From positions 620,001 to 684,000 of the forward strand of contig JAPETS010000008.1 in assembly GCA_026023565.1 (NCBI GenBank): 64,000 nucleotides of DNA. The letters run 5' to 3'. The stretch is from Cirrosporium novae-zelandiae (taxonomy: Eukaryota). Positions 1-12,292 of this stretch are shown here, one piece after another. The notes beneath the pieces were generated by a model. It worked only from the letters and a program-made list of their open reading frames with translations, had not been told where the DNA came from and did no database searches. Made by a program: the position numbers and the translations under genes. Within the stretch, counting starts at the first letter, position 1; every line of letters begins with the position of its first letter.

Positions 1-1434
1 CTTCAAGACATAGTTCCTGTTGTGTTTCACCCACGCATGTAATCTTGAAAGCATCCTCTATTATATTTCGGCTATCGCTCCAGAATTGGAAGGACCCAAC
101 TCTAGTTTGCTACTTCTTTCGTATGCCAACAACGTCGACCGGTGTAAATGGATGCCAGTAGAGGATGACGATCTTATGTCATAGGCCCCGCTGCGCCCTC
201 TCACCAAGCAGATAACTTGATAAACTGTAGCTTTAACTTGAGCCTATCGCTTCGCTCATGGCCCAAAATCACAAGACTCTTATTTTTTTTCTTATGGGAC
301 CTGCCTGGTAAAGTAATTTTCGCGATCTAAAACAGGATCTCTCTTTTTTTTTTTTTGTGGTCAGCGTGACGTCGGCTATCAAGATAGGACAGGATACGCA
401 GAAAAGCGAGAAACATACATTCTCCGGTGAAGCCCAAAGGACTTCTCGGTAGAATGTATGGGGAGAACTCGTATCCGTACGGCTGATACAAATGATACAG
501 GTTCACAAGCGCCGGATATGCAGGCTATCCGGAACCCTCAAGCTGATGAAGGAGGGGGATAGGAAGAAGGGGAGGGGGGGAGGGGGGTTAGAAATATACA
601 ATCTCATCTGGGGTTCCGTAGCACGCGACTTTAGAGGTCCAGGGAGCTGGGAACGCTTCTTGCTTGGCTAATCTTCCCCTAAGTACGGTACAAGTACTGT
701 AGGGACCTACGGTGGCCGTCTATGCGGCCGTTGACGACTTTACTTATTTCATCATTAACTATAGTCTACAGTGTCTTGATGACCTTTGACGGTGTCCCAA
801 ATCATGCCCTGTTGCATTATTACATACAACCAACCTGTTTCAGAACATGTCTCTGATGGCACAGGCGAAATATGTGACTGGTCTGTTTCGATATCCATTT
901 TTTATTTTGATTTTGGATTTCTGAGAAAGCTAGATTTGAATACTTGTCATATTCAGCAACTGGTCAGATCGTCATTTTAGCTAGACAAGGAAGTTCCTTG
1001 CATTACTGCCAAGCGGTAAAGCGGGGTTCAGACAATTTACTTGCCAGACAGAATTCAATTCAGGAGTTGAGAGCAAAGTTGGCTGGTGACCAGCAGTTGG
1101 GGCAAAAGTATGCAATATCAGCAATGGGGCATCACTGGCAACATGCAATCTTTCAAAAAAACTCTTTAGGCGAGGATGTGCGCTAATAGATCTCATTGGC
1201 ACGTTTTTAGCATCTATTCAGAAGACTATTTTGACAGACCTCTTGCTAACTAACATGGCGTTATTAATGAGATAGTTGTCCCCTCCAATGGTAAATGGTG
1301 AGGCCAACGACGGATGAGTGGTGGTGGGGTGAGGACTGATGGGTAATTATTACGACTATGACGGAGTCATAGTGTCGTCGTTTTTCCTGATTTTGGAATT
1401 GATTTCAGCTAATTGACATGAAAGAAATTAATAC

Positions 1435-1503
1435 AGTCACGATAGTCACGATAGTCACGATACTGCGGTATAGTTACGATAGTTACGATAGTTACAAATA
1501 GTC
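1435..1503. repeat. 9-bp minisatellite (AGTCACGAT / AGTTACGAT)
   Basis: AGTCACGAT x3, a degenerate unit, then AGTTACGAT units, seen directly. Confidence 0.85.
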
Positions 1504-1899
1504 TCATAGTTCTAAGTGCGTAGTACATTTAGACGCCAGGCCGCTGAGGGTAAGCGAGTGGGTTCTTTTTCGTGATCCATTTTTAATTTTTTTCCCTTCT
1601 TTTGCTTCTTCTTCTTCTTATTCTTCTTCGGGGGTTCGCGCTTTTTGGTTATGATGTGCTCTTTCGCTATTGTTTAATTAATTAATAAATCTAACTTAGT
1701 ATCTTGATCAACCTCGGGTCAAACGATGGCCTTACTTGTTCCGGATTGCGATTTGCACAAGGTCAAGAAATTCAAACCATTCAGAGGCACGAAAGAATGT
1801 ACTAAGGAGACCGGTCTCTACGTCACGAGGGGCTGATTATCATGTTCAATGCTTGTTCTTGACTTATGCCCCGAAGCCCGGTAACTTGGCAAGCATCTG

Positions 1900-2016
1900 A
1901 GTCAAGGTAGCCAAAGTAGTCAAGACAGTCAAGGTAGTCAAGTGAGTCAAGCGTGTCAAGGTAAGTCAAACCCTCAAATAACTCAAGGCAGTTAAGAAAG
2001 TCAAGGAAGTCGAGGT
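1900..2016. repeat. Degenerate 9-bp minisatellite, consensus AGTCAAGNN, 13 units
   Basis: agtcaaggt agccaaagt agtcaagac agtcaaggt agtcaagtg agtcaagcg ... agtcgaggt; reads as L-D-x repeats on the minus strand. Confidence 0.85.
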
Positions 2017-5000
2017 GTTCTAACATGGAGGGGGCCCAGGTCTCCGAACTTCCGACAAGTCAACCAAACCTATCGAAGCGTGGTTACAGGGATTCCCCAG
2101 TTGTACAGCCGAAACTCATGTGCGTTGTGGACTCTTCAGTGGGCACTGCGTAACTTCTGGGGACTTAAAGTTCCTTCTAAAGCCCCCAATAACCCCCCAA
2201 TGCTCACCCCCCCCCCCCCCGACCCCCCTCTTAAGCCTGGTAAACGCTGGCCGCACCACCAAGGGTATTTCGGACGGCAATGGCGGTATCGTTTGTTCCC
2301 GCTACATCAATACGAGTAAAAATTCAAAAAACCCAGGCGGCAGGTTGCAGCGCAACGGACCGAGCGGACGCGGCACGCTCCTCGCCTTTGGGGAGCATGG
2401 ATGATGGAATAATTATCCTCATCTTATTGGAACCATCCTCTTTGCCTTTTTGATTTGGGATTGACTTGTCGTGAAGTTCTGACTCTCAGGCCCCCCTCTG
2501 TTCCGGTTCTCTGATCCTGCGTCGGCGTCGGATCCAACATGTACTCAAAAAGGTCAAAAAGGAATATCATTATTGATATTAATACTAGGCTTTGAAATCA
2601 GCTTGCGCACAGGCGATAATAAAAACAAAAAAAAGCACGGAATTGTAGCTCAAGCCTTTTCTTAGAAAAGGATCACCAGAATCCCTTCTCCCCCCCTTTT
2701 TCCCGAACGCCCTGTTTCTCATTCCTCAAGCCAGTCAAGTGCCCACAAAATATTTTTTATTCCTTTCCATATGGAAAATAGTTGCAGAAAGCAGGGACCG
2801 ACAACTGGTCTAGGCTGAAGGAGAAGGAGAAAAGAAAATGTTTTGACAGCACACAGCCATAGTTACATATTAATTCTGACAGTCAGTCAGTGGTTGCAGA
2901 GGCGTCTTAGGCAACCATGACTCCATGAGAGATGACCCCCGGGGCGGCTGGGCTGAAATAAGGACTGACCGCCTAACGAGGTGATTGGAAGGACTGGGTC
3001 AGAAATGCGGACGGACCGCTGCAAGACAGAGGAAGGAGATCCATGCTGGAATCCACGTCGGGCCATGCAAGCAGTGCGGTTTGCCCGCCTGTACCCGGAC
3101 CAGTCTTCCCGGACTTACCTTGTGTCTCGCTGCATGGGTGGTGTGTGCGGATGTGCTATTTGCGTGTGTGAGCACGGGGCAGCTTTTCCTTACTCAGGTA
3201 GATTACTGTACGGGGTAGTTGCTAAATATCTAAGAAATTAAATAGTACTAAACTACTAGATTAATTACCTAGGTAGTTAGTTGGTAGTTGGAAGATTAAT
3301 GCTGACTGGGAAGATAGAGAGATAGATAGAAAGGAAGAAGGGAAGAATGGAAGAAGGGAAGAAAGGAGGAAAGAAGGAAAGATAGCATTCTAGTTCTAGA
3401 AGCAGTAAAAATATACGCCAAGTTTTTTTTTACCACTTTACTTAGTTAGCCAAACAAACGGGTAACGAGAGAAGTAGAGTTTTACACCCTCTTGTTCGCT
3501 TTATTTTTTTTACACGAATTTTTATGTTATTAAATTACCTGGTTTAGTTTTTAATTGAATGCCAATGTGTCCTTTTTTCCTCTCTTCTTTTCTTTCTTTT
3601 CAAGGCAAACCAAGGTTTTAGGCTCAGAAGTGGGCTCAGATGGACTCAGATGTTGACAGCGGAGGCCCTCGGGTCCGGAGTAAGAAAAAGAAGTCAAAGA
3701 CCCTTTGGACATATTCCCCTTTGGCTTTTAAGCCTTTACTTGGCTTGCTTTAGCTTGCTCGGGTTCATGCAATCAAAACCATGCGATTCATGATATGGTG
3801 TATCGCAACCAAAATAATAATAATAATAATAGCCAAGTCTCATGCACTGACAACCTTACTGCCACTCTACTAATCACTATTAAGAGTTCCGAGCCAGAGG
3901 CGGCGAGAATATCGTCATCATCATCACACTATTCCACCCATTATCTGAGCGCTGCATGTCCAACTGTGGCCTGATGGATGGTGGAGGAAGTGACGAGTTC
4001 ATGCCAGCTGAGAATGAAGACCTAGGCTTGAGTCATTATTACGGAGTCTGAAAGAGCTATGTGGACTTGAACACTTTGTGACATATATATCTGGAATTTG
4101 AGGAGAGCTAGCGGTCCCACGGAATGCTGGTAAATTATCAATTTCAATTAACATGTAGATATATTCGGCCGGAGTAGATTTGTTAACAAATGATGGTGCT
4201 CTTGAATTAATTTTTTGGACACAAGACTCAAATAGGGAAAAACCCGGGACGTGCCATCGGGGATCCTAAGTGCGGGTACGGAGACATGCAACAGTAATGT
4301 CGCCAGTCTCAGATCGGTTTCGAATCACCTTGAATCCACATAGATACCGGTCGTATGTATCGGATATATATATTTATATATACATATGTAATATACCCTG
4401 AGCCGATCCCTTAGACTGCAGACTGTAGTAGGTATAGTCACGGTCGAGCGCGGGTAAATGAATCCAGGTTTGAATGCGCAGTATCGATTGATCTGTATAA
4501 ACGAAAGCCTAACATAAATCTAATAGTTGCTGCATGAAGAATCATATTTCAGTTATCCAGTCAGAAGTGTCAGCTGCAAATCATCTAGACGGTACCGACT
4601 CCCGCAAGCACTACCTCGCCCGTCCCGCCCGCGGATGTAGAAAGGGCAAAACCGAAAGCAAGCAGAAAGGTAAATTGGAAGCAGAGCAGCAAAAGGAAGA
4701 TTTTTCGGTGTTGTACATCAAGGTTTAATAAGGGGCAAAATCTCTCAGGTGAGGGGATATCCGAGAGGAGGGTTTTGGATGCTCATACTACTCCCAAGGT
4801 TAATTGAAGGCGATTTTTGTTAATTATCCAGCAAATAATAAACTAAGGAACCAAAGAAAGAGTGAAGTGACTCAGTACTTGAGTATGTTTTAGGATATAA
4901 ATATTTTTTTCTCTTTTAATTTTTTTTTTTTTTTTTTTTTAATTTTTTAAATTTCATTCTCGACTGAGTAGGTAAGGTTGTAAGTGGATAGAGTTGGATG

Positions 5001-6354
5001 AGTTGCTGAATTTGTGAGGATGCCTATACTTTTCAGAAGTCATCGCCGACTGGATTAGTTTAGAAGGGGGGTGGGGGGGGGGGGGAGGGAGGTTATAAGA
5101 GGTTAAGAAGAGGGCAAGGGTTAGAGAAGAGAGAAGGGATCGAAAGGATCTTAAACGTACCCAAGAACCCCACTGGCGGGCCATCTTCCAGCGACCATCT
5201 CAGCGACCAGAAAGGCATCAACCACCTGCGACCATTCATTCGTAGGAGAGCCCAACCATACACCCCCAAAAGACACCCAAAGTCACCCAAAGACACCCAA
5301 AAAAAAACCACGAAGGACCGACACCACCAACTTCTTCCAAAGAAGTGAATATTCAATCCTTTAATCCTTGAACCTGGGTTACCAAGGATCATTATTCAAT
5401 ACTTTTTTGCGACCTGCAAGTTTGCTCTATGGTCGAATAGCCTTTAAACAGTCAAACCTCTTTTTCAGCCTTCCTGTTCCTCCCTCATCAGTCTGACTTT
5501 CCCACTACTCCAACGACCCTTCATTGACACGCACACCCCCGGCTCTTCAAAGCCATCCATTCCCTCTCCCCCCCTCCCCCCCCCCCCTCCCTCCCGAATT
5601 CGCAGCAGCGTTGAGGAGTCAAATCCTCAATACGAATCCAATTACTTGCCTACTTGCCCATTTGCCCCGAATCGCCTTTTTGGCTTTTACCTTTTTCATC
5701 ATCCGCTCGCAGGGGGTTCTACTTCCCACACCTAGTCTTCGCCAAACACCATTCCACCAAGTAAAAAAAAAAGTCTACGGCACTTCACCTCCAGCTTGGA
5801 ATAGAGAGCATTTAGTAGGACTTTTATGTACCAATCCTATCTGGTATGAGACATTTCTCTCCCTCACGATTTTAAACAAAACCGGCAGCTCGCAACTCAT
5901 ATCCCACGGACCGCTCCCGCCTTATAATATAATAATCTCAAATGCCCTTCAGCCCATTTTTTACTAACAACGATCGTCTTCACAGATCCATTTCAGCTGA
6001 ACCGCTTACGCGACCCTCCTTCCGCTCAACAACCCGTCATCTATCTCCATTTCCTTTTACAGGCAAATCGTCAATCAACCCCTCCAGTTCCTTTTCTCTT
6101 GGTCGACCATTCACCCACCTAGCTTAGACCGACACTTTCCTTCGTCTCAACATTTCTCTGACCACGTTTCATTTCCTTCAAAAAATATATCGGTCGCGAG
6201 TAGCTTTGGAAAAAAACAGGATTGTGGTAAAAGAAATTACATAAATCTTACTGGGCTGGCTGGTGACCTCATGCGACGACAGCCTTCTTGCCAAACTTAT
6301 TAGGAGCAGGCAGGACCGTCAGTTGAAGTACCTATCTCTTTTCCTCCGACCCAG

Positions 6355-7712
6355 ATGTCCCAAGACCAAAATCACCAGGGCCAGTACCCACCTCCTCAAT
6401 GGACGACTCAACCCCCACCGGGCCCTTATCCCCCCGGGCCATATCCTGTTAGTTCATCTTGCCTGCGTTCTGATTTTGGTATCAATATCTAATTGTTTCT
6501 ACTTCATAGCCACCTCCACCAGGACAGCATTACCCGCCACCCCAGCCAAATAATGTGGGACTTCCGCCTCAAACACAGGATATGGCTCATCTTCCTTCAC
6601 CTTACCATATGGTTTATCCCCCACCCCCAGATGCATATCGCCCACCGCCACAACCAATAAATATGCAGTACAACAATCAGCCTGCGCCAAGACAGAGAAC
6701 TGCCATTGCCTGTCGGTATTGCAGAAGACGGAAGGTGAGTTCAAGACTGCGCATCCCTCTAGTGATGACAGCTGGCTAACGGTTTGGATGCTAGATCCGA
6801 TGCTCCGGATTTGATAGCTCCGAGGATGGTCGGTGTTCGAATTGCATTCGATTCAATCAGCAATGCCTTTTTACGCCCGTCTCCTCCCAGGCGCAAGCAT
6901 TCGTACCGGCACATACCGCATATCCTCACCTTCGAAATACTAGTGCTGGACAACCAGTGCGAGGTGGTGCTCGTGGCAGTGGATATCCATCACAGCAGCG
7001 GCCAGGGATATATGGTGCATATGGTCAGCCTCTCTCGTTGCCGCCCCAGGGCCAGGAGAGCCATCCACCACATCCTCCCCCAGGCTACTCATCGGTGTAT
7101 GGTCCTCCTCCAACGGAGTATGACAATAGAGGGGCACCACCTCCTCCACCAGAACAAGTGAGTCGTGCCAAACGTCCTCGATTATCGTCCGATGCCTCAC
7201 CTTCTCCCAATCTCGCCCCTTCATCAGCGACGTCTTTCTCACAGGCTCCGCAGGCCATGAATCGAGAGAGTGCTGGGCCAAATCATAACTACGAATATCC
7301 TGATCCAACCGGTCTCGCCCCGGTCAGTCCTGCGAGTAATGTGACGTATGCTCCAAGCCATTCTAGCCAACAGCAGCAACTTCCATACTATGGTACTGCG
7401 CAATCAAACCGTAGAGCTTCCCCGCAGTCTGCATATTCCTACGATAACCGCGCCTCGGGGTCGCCCCATGGCTCTGCATCATCCATCGCATCATACCCAT
7501 ACTCTGCTCAACAACTTCACCCCCCACAAACACTTCCTCCAGCAGGGGATAGCGGACGAACACCGCCTCCCATTCCAGGGCAGCCTCCTACTACCAGTCG
7601 GAGTGGCCATTTGCCATTGTCTGACCTTCTGGCGGATGGTGGTAATTCTCAGGGAGGTCGTAGCAGTACAGATAGTGGAATGGTAGATGCGCTGAATAAA
7701 AGAATGACTTGA
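6355..7712 (+). CDS. mcrA: Zn(II)2Cys6 transcription factor, McrA-like (multicluster regulator of secondary metabolism)
   Basis: ATG 6355; introns 6448-6509 and 6735-6794. Splicing gives RQRTAIACRYCRRRK|IRCSGFDSSEDGRCSNCIRFNQQCLFTPVSSQAQAFVPAH (six-Cys binuclear cluster) with Pro/Gln/Tyr-rich flanks. The C6 call is firm; the McrA name rests on my recollection of the Aspergillus nidulans sequence. Confidence 0.75.
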
Positions 7713-9500
7713 TTGGGCAAAGAAAAGGGCCAATGGCAGACGCAAGGTAGTCTCTTTTGAAAAGTACGAAGAGGGACCGGTGGATGATCTAGAGCATTTA
7801 TTTGCACAACAGAACTATGCAACTATGCCTGACTCGCCCAACCCTCATAGTTAACTTGCACCCTGTTTACGAAGCACTTCGATCAAGCCTGATAGAGTTT
7901 ACCGATGCACGAAAACCACATCATTTTCCTTTGCTGGCTGGGTGTCTGATCAACCTTCGTGTACTTCTTTAATGCAAGGAGTATGGGGTTAGGGAAAAGA
8001 AGTGATATGTTTAGTACATCATTAATATTTTTTCAACTGTTCTCATTTCGTGGCAGCTACAATCGTGTTGGAGAAGGAATAAAATTGGGGGATTGGCGCT
8101 CTCTTTTTCTCGGCAATTTTTGTATTCATGGTTTCTTTTTCTCCCTTTACCCCCCTTTCGGAGTGAACTTGGTACATTTTTTCTAATCATGGGTCAAAGA
8201 CTTTTATTTCACGTCCAGCGATGGACGCTCATGGACGGACGGTTGGGGCTGGTGATATGAACGAAAACGGGAGGAAACCAAAAGCTATGAGAACGCGCTG
8301 GGATGGGAGGTTGTCTGACGGAAATTTATTTACAAAGCGATTGTTTTTGGGTGGCTTTTGTGCACTTTTTGTTGTTTACGTCTTGTATCTTCCCGTGAAG
8401 CCTTTGATACCTCCCCTGTCGTTTCCGAACTCGAGACATTCGAATATTCAACTATCAAATTACTACCGACCATCATATATACAGGATATAGGGAATGGAG
8501 GAACTCTTTTGAGAGCGCCCGCTCCTTCCCTTGTTTCACCCTGATCGTGGTCCTTATGGGGAAAAAATAACTTTTTCGCAAAGCGATGGAGCTGGCTTAG
8601 ATGAGATAACATTGGTTGTTTCGGCGGTTGGCTTTGTTTTTTTCTTCTTCGCATTTTCTTCTCTGCCACTGGGGAAAAACTTTTCATGACAAAGTTGAAT
8701 CAGAAGACGGAGCTGCAAAGTTGTTTTTTTATTGTTTTTAAAGTTATTTTATTTTTATTTTGGCAGCAAAGCGGCTACAACAGGGAGCCTGCTAGCTATA
8801 AGGGTCAGGGTTCAAAGGATAGATGGCTGGGGAACAGGGTTGAGGAGGTATGGATGGTATGGGTGGATGGTATGGATGGATGTGGGGGGTAAGGATGGAC
8901 GGATGGGATAGGATAGGTATGGGATGTGGGGGTATGGTATATTACCAGTATAGTGAGTGAGTTGAACGATTCGAAACCCTTGTTAGTGAAACAAACAAAC
9001 AAATAGATGTTTTCAAGCACAACAAAACAAATAGGGCCTGAATAAGCGGCCTGAACCTGAACCTGAATATGGATCTGGAGAATTGCACATATACATACGC
9101 ATACATATACGCATATACGGACAGACACATACGGACAGACAAGTAGACAGATATATGTGCGGAATAACTTTGTTTTTTGTGAAGAAGTGATCAAGGGTTG
9201 AGGTATTGGTGAAGGTGAAGGTGAAAGTGAAAGTGAAAGTGGTGTATAGTAACTAACCTAACGAACTAGCAAGATGTATGTGTATGTGTCTGTCTGTGTG
9301 TGTGTGTTACGTTTGGTTCTAGAGCAGATATTTTCTCCTTTTTTTTTGGTTTTTGGTTTGTTTATTTACGGTTATAGTCATTAATCCATCTTTCGATAAT
9401 CATGATCGAGACCGCCTCCTCCTAATCCTCCTGTTTCTAATACCTACAGGCAGTAAAACAAAATCCATCCCTCCCCTCACTCATTCTTCCCCTTCTCCAC

Positions 9501-11299
9501 CTACCTCACCAACACCCTAACCCCCTTACTCTTCAAATCCCTCGGCCTCGGCAAAAACAAATCATGCACGACATCAATATCATCCTCCCTGGTCGTATCC
9601 ACGAGCTCGAACTCGAACCTGCGGAACAGCGTTGCCGTCACCAGGAACAATTCCGCCTTGGCCAGGTTCATACCCGCGCACTGTCGTGACCCTTTGCTGA
9701 AGGAAACTAGGTATTTTTCTAGGTGTTTGCGAGAGGTGGGGTTTTGCCAGCGCGAGGGGAGGAAGTGGTGGGAGGAGGGGAAGATGGTTTCGTTGTGGTG
9801 CATGAGGAGGGAGGTCATGCCTACGGGGGTCTATGGGGAGGGGTTAGTTTTCTTTTTTTGCGGGGGGTGGGGGTGGTACGTACGCCGGGTGGAATGGTCC
9901 AGTCGTGGTATTTCAGTGAGCGGTCCGGGGCAATTCTTTGGAGTCGGGTGCTTGCGCCGTAGGAGAGTCTGGAAATGGGGATTAGTTGATGTTTTGTGAT
10001 GGATAGGTGGGGAGAGAGTGAGTACCTGAGAGCTTCGAGGATGATTGAAGACTAATTGATTGATATCACAGGGGTTAGCTTTTCCTGATTTCTTTTTTGA
10101 TGGTCCCTAGGGAAGTTGGGGGGAGAATAGATGTGTAAAAAACAGACCAAATATGGTAATTGCTCCAATTGCTGCAGCTTGAAAGGTGTATTCCTGTCCG
10201 GTTCCAAATTGTCGAGCTCTTCGCGTAATGTTTTCAGTATGTCGGGGTTGTCGAGCAGATGGAAGGTGATAATGCTCAATGTGTGTGCGGTGGTTTCTGT
10301 TCCCGCTCCAACCGTGGCCTGGATTTCCTGTGCCAGTCTGCCCTCCGTCTTCTCGTGGTCCGGGAGATTGCTCCTCAGGATCTCGTGGAAGAATGTCGGC
10401 TGATCTGACAACTTGTTCTTGAGGATTTCGTTTTCGTTGTCCTTGGTCGCTAAGATTGATTTGATCCGCTGCAGACAGTTTTCCTGGAACTTTAGCAGCT
10501 GTCCCATGCCAGGATCCATCGCCGCGACCCACGAAGGCGGGAGGAGTTTCATCAGCGGCAGGAGCCAGGGGAACTGCTTTGTGTAGACTCCCAGTTCCGC
10601 CACCGAGACGATGGTTGCACTCCACTGGGGTAGGAAATCCGGTTCGTCCAGATAATGGTAGCTTTGCGTCATCATGTACTCGGTTATGATGTCGGTTGTG
10701 AGACAGCTGTAAGCATTCCCGATCTGTAGCGGCTGGCCGCTTTTCTTCCAATCTTCTAGTCGTGCGCATAGTTTTTCAAGGACGACATGCATGACGGGCT
10801 CTAGGCGTCGGATCCGTTGGATGGAGAAATGGGGATTCATGGCAGCCCGAAGACGACGGTGGTGATAGTGGTCGACGGCTCCAAAGGTAGCTTCGGGGGT
10901 TCCGAACTGTCCCGTGTAGAAGACATATTTATTTCGCGGTTCACGAGAGGAGTAGAGGACCTCGTAATAATCGGGATCAGAGGCATCAATATGCAGTTCG
11001 TAGGGGCTAATTCGGACAATTGGACCTAGCTCTTTCATCAGCCATATACGAAGGATGTGTTTTTCTCTTGTTGCACATTACGAACCGTATTTCTCATGCA
11101 TCTTTATAATCTCGAAAGTGTACTGGCCATTGCATATCGCATCGTAATAGAACTCATACCACAATGTAAGCGCGGCCAGCTTGGGCCCAGGGAATTTGGC
11201 AATGGGACAGAGGAAGAGACGATAGATTGAGAGGCCAATGAAATACAGCACAACTGCTACCCCAACCAGGAGATATGGATGCTCGAGGAACTGCTCCAT
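9501..11299 (-). CDS. Cytochrome P450, trichodiene oxygenase (TRI4/CYP58)-like group
   Basis: Five exons (introns 11026-11085, 10052-10147, 9969-10025, 9831-9883). N-terminal TM anchor plus [21 protein letters not shown]-helix AGTETT, EALR, heme motif [10 protein letters not shown]. Confidence 0.93.
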
Positions 11300-12292
11300 T
11301 GTACCTTTCCTTTTATTTTGTGTTTTCACTAGATTATTCAATCATATGTCTCTGAGCATACAGTTAAATGGTTTTGTAGGAAATGCGATCAGCATATGTT
11401 TTCCTGTAGAGAAGGTCAATCAATTCATGGCAGATGGAATATTATTAACAAACTGCTAATGAATAAGAACCAGTAATGGCTTTTGTATTTCACATCGTAG
11501 TGGCATTTTGTACAGTAGCGCAACGGGGAAGTTCACCCATAGTTCGTGATGTGCATATTTTAGTATCAACAAGTCATAGCCTTCATTCATGTTTTTGACA
11601 AGATGCAGGCATAGTGTAAGGTTGACTTGACTTATCTTATCCGATTTCCTCCGCCTTGTGAACAAGGCCAGAAGATCAAGATGCAGTAGACTTATGAAAC
11701 AGATATTCTATACCAAGACCCAAGTTAGGAAGGTACAAATAGTCTTCCTCAGGCTACAATATTTCAACAACTAAAAACTTCAATTCTCGAATATTGCCAA
11801 TATCATATGTATTTATTCTCCCCCTCACATCTCTATCATTTTTTCTTTCCTTTTTGCTGTTCATTATCCTTCAATTTTGAATTTCTATCGGTCAATATAC
11901 AAGAAGTAATGGTAACCGGTAGTTCGTCCGGAGTCATTGGTCGGGGAATAAAATGGAGAAAAGCTAACCAAGGAAAGCTATTAATTATCAAAGTAAAATT
12001 TGTCCGGCCTATGGTACCTAGGCTCTTTGTGGGCACTGTCAATCGTGTCAGCGAATATTGTTCACTGTTGTCTCATGCTTTATAAGAATACATTCTTTTC
12101 GTTTTTGTTTCAATTCGTCTTTAGCTTCTTATATAACGCCACCTATCATTCGCCAATTACTTATCTGCAGCTTGTCTCGCTGGGTTCTTTAAGCCTCGCT
12201 GTGGCTATTGATTGATATAACAGAACCTCCTAGTTTTATTCATTAAACATTTGTCATAACCCTGGAAAAGCTTCACTAGGCGAATAGAAGAC

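Noticed and set aside
1900..2016. Repeat array considered as CRISPR-like
   Set aside because: Eukaryotic context; 9-bp tandem units with no spacers and no cas genes.
786..5967. Short ORFs in the left non-coding region (e.g. 944-1186, 2120-2404, 5524-5967)
   Set aside because: Mostly non-ATG starts, homopolymer-derived Pro runs, no recognisable motifs or coherent exon chains.
7959..9194. ORFs between the C6 factor and the P450
   Set aside because: Low-complexity 3' UTR and microsatellite sequence; translations simply mirror the repeats.
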